DNA of 56,549 bases, filler included, from Jimgerdemannia flammicorona (taxonomy: Eukaryota), in NCBI GenBank assembly GCA_003990765.1. It is 3 parts of 3 records of this genome, joined end to end, with 100 filler letters (N's around TTAATTAATTAA, not from the genome) between each part and the next. Parts side by side here need not be neighbours in the genome. Positions count along the whole stretch, not along the records: positions 37,770 to 56,549 come from RBNJ01002118.1; 2 more parts are not named here. One strand, given 5' to 3'. How positions within the stretch are numbered: the stretch's first letter is position 1; the number at the start of each line of letters is the position of its first letter. Shown in pieces: positions 37,770 to 49,717 of this stretch. Under the pieces are notes generated by a model. It worked only from the letters and a program-made list of their open reading frames with translations, had not been told where the DNA came from and searched no databases. A program made the position numbers and the translations under genes.

Positions 37770-39719
37770 CCCCAGACCTCAGAATCTCAGACTCGAACAT
37801 ATAAGAACATTCCTGAACACTTCTCCACAATACCCTTTACACAAATACTCCTAGTATAGCAATATCATGATTAGCAAATAAACCTATTCTATAACCCACA
37901 AACCACTCTTAAGTAAATCCGCTCCCTGTTAGGTCCTACTCCTAACCCTATTACGAAATTTCCTAATTGGGTATTGTCTGCAGTGATACGCGAATTCAAC
38001 TAAGCTGGTTTTAGTTTTTTAAACTTCCTGAAATACGGAAAATCCTGAACATCAAGAACTAGTCCAAAAAAAGGACTTTGGTTGAGATGTCAACCCGATC
38101 TTGAAATCAATAAGCATAGAGGACATACTCCATACAAAATTGATCTTGACCATAAGAAAACAGTCTTCCAGAATATCTGGAATATCCAGAAAACCTTTCC
38201 AGAACTACGTAACGGTTACCCTAAAAAGTAACCCTCTTACAACTTGGTAGCAGCGGTTTACAATCCAATTCTGCTTCAAGATGCTTCCTCACCCCACTAC
38301 AAACCCCTCTGCAAATTCCTACAAGTTGGTATAAAGCCCAACCTCTGAACTGGAATTTATCCGAACCATCTGACAATCTGGAGAGAATTGAATCTGACGT
38401 ACAAGGACAATTTGACCTCCACACCTGCAACAAGTGGGATAAACTTCATTCAAAGAAAGAAGTACTCAAGTTAAACCAGCAAATAGGTGAAACCCTATTC
38501 ACCGAACTCCTTGCACTACACCCAGCAAGTCAAGATGAAGAAGGTCTTATTGAAGCCTTCTTTACTCTTCTCAACAAGAGTTTTGTCAGCTCCACAAATC
38601 CGAGCGACCTAGGACAACCAGCAGCAGTCTTTTTAGCCTAAGTTCCTCACAAAGCCCAAGCCTCTGTAGCCAAGTGGCTCAACTCTACTGACTTTCACTG
38701 CACCAGTACTAAGACCGCCTTATACTACTGATTCCAGAACAGCAAGGCCTGCCATATTCTTAAAGAAGAAGCAAGAGAAACCCTTCATCTCCTACCTGAC
38801 CCCGAACCTGAAGCAGGCCCTGCTACAGCCCTACCTGAATCTGTAACCAATACTAAACCAGAACTTGACTTTGAATGAAGTCTGTCTGAAATCAGATATA
38901 CAACTGATTCTGTCTACTTTGATGCTGAGCAAACCCAATTACACGGAGACCAAACCGAAGAAGAGGAGGAGTATCTCAGTGAATTCGATCCCAGATATAC
39001 TACTGAAGGAGAAGCACCTCCATCAGGACAGAATACACCTACTCAGCAACAAACAGCTACCTATCAAGCCCTTACTCCAGATCCACAACTACTACTCCAG
39101 CAACTTACACAGACCCAAAGAACTCTATCACATTCTGCACCAGTACCTCAAGTAGTACGTAACACCACTACCAGCAGTCCAACCACCTCCAGTAAACAAC
39201 ATGGCGAACCAACAGATTCTTGACCTCACAGCCCAGGTAGTCATAATGGCAGCAATCATTACTGCCTTAGCTGAACAGACCTGATCTACCAAAAATCTGA
39301 GCCTACCTACCTTCAATGGTACTGCACAAGAAGTCCAAAGCTTCATTAGTGTAGTTGATACCAACTTCGAAGCCAATCAATGGACCAATGAGCGAGTTGC
39401 TGACCACATTCTGACAAACAATCAAGACCACACTCTGGAACAACTCTTTGCTATCACTACATCTGTAAGCACACAACCTCCAAGCCACTGAAATTACATG
39501 TAACCTCCGAACAAATCTGGAAATCACCTGCTTGATCACGAAGCTGAGTCAAACTGAAGTCACAGTGCATAAAGATGAGTCAATATGAAGTCACGGAACA
39601 CAAGATTTACACAAACGGAACCTTACCAATCAGGACCAAATGCATATATACCGAGCACCAAGACGCGTCAAATCAGAGAACCAAAACAAACAACAACCAC
39701 AACTTCCAAACACACAAAC

Positions 39720-40815
39720 ATGACCACTGAGATCTACAACTGTATCTGCACTGACATTTGGAATGCCATTGTCAACCAAGCCACACCCCCTCTGCCCCTC
39801 ATGAATATCCATAGCCTGGCACCCCTCTACTTCGTGGAAGCCTGATGGAATGCTCTGTATATGCTTAGCAAGGCCCACTGAATCGGACAAATCTCAAGCT
39901 ACTACCAGATCGACCACCTCCTGGAAGATATGGTGGAACACCACCATGATACAGACATTACCCAGATGTCTCAACACCAGAAGCTCATTGCCTGCAAACA
40001 TCGAGAACTCTTCTATGAGTACAGTACCATTATTCCCCACCTCCGAGTTACTACCAGCGAGATGGTTGCTACCCTGTCCTATGGCCAAATTGATGACATG
40101 ATACAAGAACTCAACCACAAGTACCTCAAGTACGTCAAAACCACAGATAGAACCTTCCCACACCCCAATGATCAAATCCTGCAAATGCCCCAAGTTGGAT
40201 ATGCTATGAAGGATGTCTACGATATAATCCACTTCGATGAAGACAAAGCAGAAGACAATGACTCCTCTGACACCAACATGAGCTCTAGCCAAGGATCTCT
40301 GCCAACCCTGATCACTCTACCAATCTTATCAATGAACTTACAACAGTTCATAACAGTATACAAGACTTATTGGGACAATGACCACTGGCATGAATACCAA
40401 CCCGCATTTATCCCCGACTACTTCAACTACAATGAAGAGACCAGAGAACACAACCTGTACCTCCAGACAACCCTCGAGATTGAACCAACCACTCCACCAC
40501 CTGAGTATGAGCGACCTGAACCACAACCACCAGCTTACTACAATCCTGCAACTCATAGTGCTATAACCTATAGAAGGTATGCAGACAGTGAATCTGACGA
40601 AAGTGAAGACAATATACCCATTCTTCGCCCACCAACCTTATCCAGCCTACAAGACAGACGATGCTATCCTGTGGGACAGAGACGAAGTCCCAATGTATTA
40701 CTACCTCAGTGAACAAGGAGAAGTAATCCATGAACCACTCTTCCTAGATGACTACTTTATCAGAGATGATGTCATCGATGGGGATGTCATCGAAGACTAC
40801 CCAGACAGCGCCTAA
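39720..40815 (+). pseudogene. LTR(U3)-encoded ORF of unknown function, copy 1 (consensus 365 aa)
   Basis: MTTEIYN...IEDYPDSA*; two TGA stops that are CGA in other copies; 2-nt deletion near 40636. Confidence 0.8.
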
Positions 40816-40993
40816 ACCCAGCAGTCATAGTATAGTTAGATTAGCATTGTACAACGTGACTGTGAACTGACTCAGCAGTCAGACGATCTCTTGACATGTC
40901 AGATCACACTTGTACTATGTGACTGCATTCCGACTCAGCAAAGCACTTAGTGCTACATCCATATCTAGCATAGTCCAGATAGCCCCTCACTAG

Positions 40994-41122
40994 TATAAAT
41001 ACCCTCTCCCCCAGATCTCAGAATCTCAGACTCAAATACACAAGAACATTTCTGAATACTTCCCTACAATATCCCTTTACACAAATACTCCTAGTATAGC
41101 AATATCATGAATAGCAAATAAA
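40994..41122 (+). promoter_or_regulatory. Main LTR TATA box (TATAAAT 40994-41000) and poly(A) signal (AATAAA 41117-41122)
   Basis: Conserved in the 3' LTR (~49254 and ~49355); position fits U3/R. Confidence 0.6.
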
Positions 41123-41462
41123 CCTATTCCATAACCCACAAACCACTCTTAAGTAAATCCACTCCCTGTTAGGTCCCACTCCTAACCCCATCACGAAATT
41201 TCCTAATTGGGTATTGTCTGCAGCGATACGCCAATTCAACTAAGCTGGTCTTAGTTTCTTGAACTTCCTGAAATATGGAAAACCCTGAACATCCAGAACT
41301 AGTCCGGAAAAGGACTTTGGTTGAGATGTCAACCCGATCTTGAAATCATAAGCATAGAGGACATACTCCATATGAAATTGATCTTGACCATAAGAAAACG
41401 GTCTTCCAGAATACCCAGAACTTCCAGAAAATCCTTCCAGAACTACGTAGTGGTTACCCTAA

Positions 41463-42440
41463 AAAGCAACCCTCTTACAACTTGGTAGTAGTAGTTTGCA
41501 ATCCAATTTCGCTTCAAGATGCTTCCTCACCCTGCTACAAAACCTTCTGAGAATTCCTACAAGTAGGTATAAAGCCCAACCTCTGAACTGGAATTTATCC
41601 GAACCATCTGCCAATCTGGAGAGAATTGAACCTGACATACAAGGACAATTTGACCTCCACACCTGCAACAAGTGGGACAAACTTCATTCAAAGAAAGAAG
41701 TACTCCGGTTAAACCAGCAAATAGGTGAAACCCTATTCACCGAACTTCTTGCACTACACCCAGCAAGTCAAGATGAAGAAGGTCTTATTGAAACCTTCTT
41801 TACTCTTCTCAACAAGAGTTTTGTCAGCTCCACAAATCCGAGCGACCTAGGACAACCAGCCGTTGTCTTTCTAGCCTTAGTTCCTCACAAAGCCCAAGCC
41901 TCTGTAGCCAAGTGGCTCAACTCTACTGACTTTCACCGCACCAGGACCAAGACTGCCTTATACTACTGATTCCAGAACAGCAAGGCCCACCATATTCTTA
42001 AAGAAGAAGCAAGAGAAACCCTTCATCAACTACCTAACCCCGAACCTGAAGCAGGCCCTGCTACAGCCCTATCTGAATCTGAAACCAATACTGAACCTGA
42101 ACTTGACTTTGAATTAAGTCCATCTGAAATCAGATATACAACTGATTCCGTCTACTTTGACACCGAGCAAACCCAATTACACAGGGACCAAACTGAAGAA
42201 GAGGAGGAGTATCTCACTGAATTCGATCCTGGATACACCACTGAAGGAGACACATGTCCATCAGGACAGAATACGCCTACACAGCAACAAACAGCTATCT
42301 ATCAAGCCCTTACTCCAGATCAACAACTACTACTCCAGCAACTTACACAGACCCAAAGAACTCCATCACACTCTGCACCAGTACCTCAAGTAGTACTAGT
42401 AACACTACTACCAGCAGTCCAACTGCCTCTAGCAATCAAT
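41463..42440 (+). other. AUG-less reading frame in phase with gag (~326 codons, one internal TGA)
   Basis: Same frame as the gag ATG at 42441; colinear frame in D1 ~38225-39200. Confidence 0.55.
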
Positions 42441-45400
42441 ATGGCAAACCAACAGATTCTTGATCTTACAGCCCAAGTAGCTATAATGGCAGCGACTATT
42501 ACTGCCTTAGCTGAACAGACCCGACCTACCAAAAATCTGAGCCTACCTACCTTCAATGGTACTGCACAAGAAGTCCAAAGTTTCATTAGTGTAGTTGACA
42601 CCAACTTCGAAGCCAATCAATGGACCAATGAGCGAGTTGCTGACTGCGTTCTGACAAACAATCAAGACCATACCCTGGAACAACTCTTTGCTACAACTAC
42701 AGCTTATATCTGCTGAGTTGTTACATTCTACAGAGGACCTGCCAAAGAATGGTGGTGAACTCTTCTGAAAAACCCCTCACATGGGATACCCAACCTGCAG
42801 TAGTTGCTCAGAATGCAGCAAACAATACCCCAGGATATGGAGCCCATCCTGCAGCCCCTGGACTCAAACAACTCATAATTGCTCAATACTGCAGCAAAAC
42901 CATGATTGCTGAATCTCAAGTAAAACTCCGCAACCTCAAATTTGATGTACATGGCAAAGAAGTATTCGAAACCTTCTATACAAACTTGAGTCACTCCTGA
43001 ACACTGTTGGCCTAGGATATATCGCCAATGATGAAGCATGAAATGGTACAAGAGCAGACCATTTATTCGATGCACTGCCTGAATGGCTTACTAGAAAAAT
43101 CCAAGAACAAGGCCGCCCAGTTGGTTGTGATCACCAACAATAGTGCCTGGTAAGAATCAAGACCATGGTCAAGCAAATCCTAACAGCTGGACCAATTCTG
43201 CCCCAAAGACAATTCAATAACAAGAAAAGGACTTGGACCAAGAAAGAAGAACCCAAGCATGAAGCATCCCGAGCTCCCTCCACATCCACCTCTTGGACAC
43301 CCAGAAATCATGAACCCACCCAGCCGAGTACCTTCAAGAAACTCACCAAAGGTGAAAGGAATGAACTTCAAAGAAGTGGAGCATGTTTCTATTACTGAAA
43401 GACAGGACATATGGCCAGTGCCTGCCCCAACCGAAAACCCCGAACAGCAACACAAGCAACTGTTACCACTCTTCACCACCTCAACAATCTGACTACCAGA
43501 ATACTGGACTTTGTCAAGTTAAGACAAACTACTAAAGCCCCAACCAAAGGAAGTCAAAAAGCAGCGGGATATGACCTGTATGCAGCTGAAGAAGCTACAG
43601 TTTCCAACCAAGAAGTCAAATAAGTCTATATAGGAATCAGTATCCAAATCCCTGAAGGACATGTTGGAAGAATATGCTGTCACAGCAGCCTAGCACTGAA
43701 AGGACTCTCAGTAGAAGGAGGAGTCATTGATGAAGATTACACAGGTGAAATCATTGTCCTCATTCGAAACCACAGTTGGACACCCTTCAAGATCCCTATT
43801 GGTTTCTGCATTGTCCAGATCCTATTTGAAAAAATCGAGTCAACCCTGACAGTCAAGGAAGTCCCTGAACTACTGCCCACCATCTGAGGATCCAAAGGAT
43901 TTGGTTCATCAAACAAGGCCCCAGCCCAACCTACTATGAGCAAAGAAGAACAATTCTACAAGAAGATCAAAGATGGATATGTACCAAGTGGCCGATGCCC
44001 TTATGGAATTGGAATGTACTCTTCCCGGATGATTGATGATTGCTTCTCTTGTGTCAATGAACTGGCTCAAAGAAGAACCAACAGAAGAAAGGCTCCTACA
44101 ACTGAAATCACCACTATCGGATCAGACAAACTGCTCACCCTTAAGGCTTTTGTCAACAGAGCACCTGTCAAGATTATGATAGACAGTGGTGCCTCAGGCA
44201 ACTTCATTAATGAAGAGACACCCAACAGACTCAAAGTCTTCACCTCCCCAGTACAGCAAACTCAAGCAGTTGCTACAGCTGATGGAACCTCACATGTTAT
44301 TAGCAAAGAAGTCCGCAATCTACCCTTCCGGATTGGCGACTACCGAGTGCATGTTACCCTCCAAATCATACCACTTTCCAACAATGAAATCATCCTTGGG
44401 ACTCTATGGTTAAAGCAAGAGAACCCCATGATTGATTGGGTAAACCATTCTCTGACCATCAAGAAAGGATGCCACAACTTCAAACTATAAGGTGAAAAGG
44501 ACCCACTCAACTCTAGTGACCCTGGACCAAAGATCACCCACATCAACAAGCTACAACTCAAGAAATTGGCCAAGAAATGCCCTCTCTTCGCCATCTCCAT
44601 CCGACCATCCAAAGGAGAACCTGAGAACTCCAAAAAAGATTTTTCCAAAGTTGACAGCCGTGTCAGACCACTACTCCAGAAATTCCGAGACATATTTCCA
44701 AAGAAGCTCCCGAAAGGCCTACCTCCCAAACAAGTAGTAGACCATGCAATCAAGACTATCCCAGACAACAAACCAGCCTTCAAGTCAATCTACCACATGT
44801 CTCTGAGGGAAATTGATGGACTCAAGAAAGAAATCGACGAACTCCTAGAACAAGGATTCATCAGACCTAGCATATCACCCTATGACGCACCAGTCCTCTT
44901 TGTTGTCAAGAAAGGAGGAGACCTACGAATGTGCATTGACTACCGCGATCTCAATGAACAGACCATCAAGAACTGTTGCCCACTACCAAGAATCAATGAA
45001 ATATTCAATAGACTTACCAACCCACAATTCATGAGCTCTTTTGACCTGCGAAATGGTTACTGGCAAATTGCCATGAAAGAAGAAGACATCTATAAGACAG
45101 CTTTCCGAACACGCTATGGACACTTCGAGTTCCTGGTTATGCCCTTTGGCTTAACTAATGCTCCAGCAACCTTCCAGACACTGATGAATACCATTCTGCA
45201 TCCATATCTGGACAAATTCATTGTTGTCTATATTGATGACATCCTAGTCTTCAGCAAAACCCTGGAGGAACATCTTGAACACCTTAAACTAGTACTACTG
45301 AAACTCCGAGAAAACCGACTCTTTTCAAAACTCAGCAAGTGCAAATTTCTTCTGAAAGAAATTCAATTCCTTGGACACATTGTTACTCCAAATGGAATCA

Positions 45401-47571
45401 AAGTGGACCCCAGCAAAATCTCTGCAATCAAAGATTGGCCCAGACCGAAGAAGCTAAAAGACCTCCAGTCATTCCTGGGATTAGCAAATTATTACAGGCG
45501 ATTTGTTGCCAACTCTGCTAAAATCACTACTGCCCTTATCCAAATGACCAAGCACAGCAAGAAACAAGAATAACCCTGGACCATGAAACAAGAGAAAGAC
45601 TTCAACAATCTTGTAAATTGGGGACACGAGCAAGATACTGCCTTTCAAGCACTGAAAGATGCCTTGATAACAACTCCAGTACTTCAAGTAGCAAACCCTG
45701 CCCTACCATACGAAGTCACTACTGATGCCTCTGACCTAGCTCTTGGAGCAGTGCTTATGCAAGAAGGACACTCTGTGGCCTACTACTCCTGCAAGTTCAA
45801 TGATGCCAAAATCAACTATGCAACTCACGAGAAGGAAATGCTAGACATTGTAGACACTCTGATCAAATAGCGACCATACCTAGAAGGAGCATACTTCATG
45901 GTATTGACTGACCACAAGTCATTAGTCAACAACAAGACACAGGCTACCCTTTCTCGAAAGCAAGCCAGATAGATGAAAGTCCTCACCAACTTTGACTACA
46001 AAATCCAGTACTGCCCTGGCAAGGAAAATATTGTTACCGATGCAATCTCCAGACTACCAATTGAAGAGGTTATCCAAACTCTGACCTTGGTTACCAACAC
46101 TATCATGGAACAAATCATCGTAGCATGTGTTGATGATAAAGAAGCTCAAGCACTCTAAGAAATCCTGAACAGTGATGATACTGACAAGCATACCTGGTAC
46201 AACCAATATCAACTCAAGGACAATACTATCTACTACAAGGATAGACTGTATGTTCCAAACTACCGAGACCTCCGAAGGACTATTCTATTTGAATATCATG
46301 ATGCCCCTACAGCTAGACATTTAGGATTTGACAAATGCTATGAAGTTATCTCCTGAAACTTCTATTGGCCCTGCATGGCAGATTAGCTCAAAACCTATAT
46401 TACTTCCTGTGATGCCAACCAACAAAACAAGTCCTCAATACTAGCAAAACCCAGCTTACTCCACCATATCCCGGTACCATCCACAAATTGGGAACAAATC
46501 TCTATGGACTTCATTGTACAACTACCCCGAACCAAGAATGAGAAAGATGCAATTGTTGTCTTTGTGGACTACCTCAGCAAACAAGCCTACTTTGTGCCTA
46601 CTACCACTACTGCAACAGCACCAGATATAGCCACACTCTTGTTCGACAACATCTTCCGCTATCATGGTCTTCCTAAGATCATTGTTAGTGACCGAAATCC
46701 GAAATTCACTAGCCATTTTTGGAAAGCCCTCCATGCACACCTTGGAACAAAACTTGCACTATCCACAGCCTTTCACCCAGAAACTGATGGCCAAACTGAA
46801 AGAATGAACTGAACTCTAGAACAAATGCTAAGGAATTATGTTTCCTACAGACAAGATGACTAGCATGAACACCTCACTGCAGTTGAGTTTGCCTACAACA
46901 ATAGTAAGCAAGCCTCTCTTGGAATGACTCCATTCTTCACCAACACTGTACAAAATCCAAACACCCTTTTGATGCTTATCCGAACTATCGAGGAACTCTC
47001 TAGAGTCGAAGCTGTTGAAGAATTCCTACTCCGAATGTGCAATCTAAGCCAGATTGCAATTGAGAATTTGTCACGAGCTCAAGAACAACAATCACAGTAT
47101 GTTAACCAACACTGCCGAGAAGAAACCTTTGACATCAGAGAAAAAGTTCTACTAGACATCAGAGGATACTGAGTTGACAACCTCAAGCACAGACTATCTA
47201 CAAAGCTGAACAGCAAGTTCATTGGACCATTGGAAGTCATCGCACAAGTCTCTCCAACCTCCTACAAACTGGCGCTACTAGATACCATCAAGATTCACCC
47301 AGTCTTTAATGTTCAATGTCTCAAGCGATACAATGACAATGATGATGAACTATTTCCAAACTGGACCACCAAACCACCTGCACCTGTTATCATTAATGAC
47401 TAAGAAGAGTACAAAGTTGAACAAATCCTCAACAAACACAGTAACAAGAACCACCCTGAGTACCTTGTCAAATGGAAAGGTTATCTGATCCATGATGCAA
47501 CTTGGGAACCCAAGACCAATCTCCAGAATGCTACTGACCTAGTTCAGGAATATGATTCCTTGAATAACTAG
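42441..47571 (+). pseudogene. D2 gag-dUTPase-protease-RT-RNase H-integrase-chromodomain polyprotein, disabled
   Basis: CFYY*KTGHMASAC knuckle; [75 protein letters not shown]; 43165-47571 all in one frame. Confidence 0.93.
43500..43915 (+). pseudogene. dut: dUTPase domain of D2, between Gag CCHC and protease
   Basis: AAGYDL, HSSLA, GGVIDEDYTGEI, IVQIL, *GSKGFGSS. Confidence 0.92.
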
Positions 47572-47967
47572 AACCAAATATTCCACACCTATCTGTATAT
47601 ACTATATATTATCCTCCCGAACATTATAATTATTGTAAACCAAACCAAGAACTCAGCAGAACAAAATTAGAAGGCCCTGATGAGGATGTCGAAAGCTAAG
47701 AAGGGGAGAGTTGTAAGCACACAATCTCCAAGCCACCGAAATTACACGTGACCTCTGAACAAATCTGGAAATTACCTGCTTGATCACAAAGCTGAGTCAA
47801 ACTGAAGTCACAGCGTACAAAGATGAGTCAATATGAAGTCACGGAATTCAAGATTTACACAAACGGAACCTTACCAATCAGGACCAAATGCATATATACT
47901 GAGCACCGAGATGCATCGAATCAGAGAACCAAAACAAACAACAACCACAACTTCCAAACACACAAAC

Positions 47968-49064
47968 ATGACTACTGAGATCTACAACCGTATCCGTGCT
48001 GACATTTGGAATGCCATTGTCAACTGAGCCACACCCCCTCTGCTCCTCATGAATATCCATAGCCTGGCACCCCTCTACTTCATGGAAGCCCAATGGAATG
48101 CTCTGAACATGCTTAGCGAGGCCCACCGAATTGGACAAATCTCAAGCTACTACCAGATCAGCCACCTCCTGGAAGACATGGTTGAACACCACCATGATAC
48201 AGACATTACCCAGATGTCTCAACACCAGAAGCTCATCGCCTGCAAACATCGAGAACTCTCCTATGAGTACAGTACCATTATTCCCACCTCTGAGTTACTA
48301 CCAGCAAGATGGTTGCTACCCTGTCCTATGGCCAAATTGATGACATGATACAAGAACTCAACCACAAGTACCTCGAGTACGTTGAAACCACAGATAGAAC
48401 CTTCCCACACCCCAATGATCAAATCCTGCAAATGCCCCAAGTTGGATATACCATGAAGGATGTCTACGATATAATCCACTTCGATGAAGACGAAGCAGAA
48501 GACAATGACCCCTCTGATGCCGACATGACCTCTAGCCAAGGATCTCTGCCAACCCTGATCACTTCACCAACCTTGCCAATGAACTTACAATAGTTCATAA
48601 CAGTATACGAGACTTATTGGGACAATGACCACTGGCATGAATACTAACCTGCATTCACCCCTGACTACTTCAACTATAATGAAGAGACCGGAGAATACAA
48701 TCTGTACCTCCAGACAACCCTCGAGATTGAACCAACCACTCCATTACCTGAGTACGAGCAATATGAACCACAGCCGCCAGCTTACTAAAATCCTGCAACT
48801 TATAGTACTGTAACCTATAGAAGGTATGCAGACAGTGAATCCAACGAAAGTGAAGACAATATACCCATCCTTCGCCCACCAACACCTTATCCAGCCTATG
48901 AGACAGGTGATGCTATCCTGTAGGATGGAGACAAAGTCCCAATGTATTACTACCTCAGCGAACAAGGAGAAGTAATCTGCGAACAACTCTTCCTAGATGA
49001 CTACTTTATCAGAGATGATGTCATGGATGGTGATGTCATTGAAGACTACCCAGACAGTGCCTAA
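47968..49064 (+). pseudogene. LTR(U3)-encoded ORF, copy 2
   Basis: Same protein; 1-nt deletion near 48284; stops at codons that are sense in copy 1. Confidence 0.8.
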
Positions 49065-49717
49065 ACCCATAAATAGCCTAGCAGTCATAGTATAGTTAGA
49101 TTAGCATTGTACGACGTAACTGTGAACTGACTCAGCAGTCAGATGATCTCTTGACATGTCAGATCACACTTGTACTACGTGACTGCATTCCGACTCAGTA
49201 AAGCACTTAGTGCTACATCCATATCTAGCATAGTCCAGATAGCCCCTCACAAGTATAAATACCCCCTCCCCCAGACCTCAGAATCTCAGACTCGAACACA
49301 CAAGAACATTCCTGAATACTTCCCTACAATATCCCTTCAATATCATGAATAGCAAATAAACCTATTCCATAACCCACAAACCACTCTTAAGTAAATCTGC
49401 TCTCTGTTAGGTCCCACTCCTAACCCCATCACGAAATTTCCTAATTGGGTATTGTCTGCAGCGATACGCCAATTCAACTAAGCTGGTCTTAGTTTCTTGA
49501 ACTTCCTGAAATACGGAAAACCCTGAACATCCAGAACTAGTCCAGAAAAGGACTTTGGTTGAGATGTCAACCTGATCTTGAAATCATAAGCATAGAGGAT
49601 GTACTCCATATGAAATTGATCTTGATCATAAGAAAACAGTCTTCCAGAATACCCAGAACTTCCAGAAAACCCTTCCAGAACTATGTAACAGTTATCCTAA
49701 AAAGCAACCCTCTTACA

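Larger units (their letters stand above)
39464..49717 (+). mobile_element. Chromoviral Gypsy D2, full length, nested in gag of D1; LTRs 39464-41479 (2016 bp) and 47712-49717 (2006 bp)
   Basis: TGTAAG...TTACA LTRs; TSD ACATC/ATATT (C>T differences only); PBS at 41483; PPT at 47698-47710. Confidence 0.95.

Noticed and set aside
39894..40556. Hydrophobic antisense ORFs in the LTRs (also 48261-48539, 55292-56104) as env-like genes
   Set aside because: Shadow frames of the sense ORF; boundaries differ between copies
44488..44490. TAA between protease and RT shared by D1 and D2 (possible programmed readthrough)
   Set aside because: Explained by recurrent deamination of CGA or CAA; other shared stops occur at CpG hotspots
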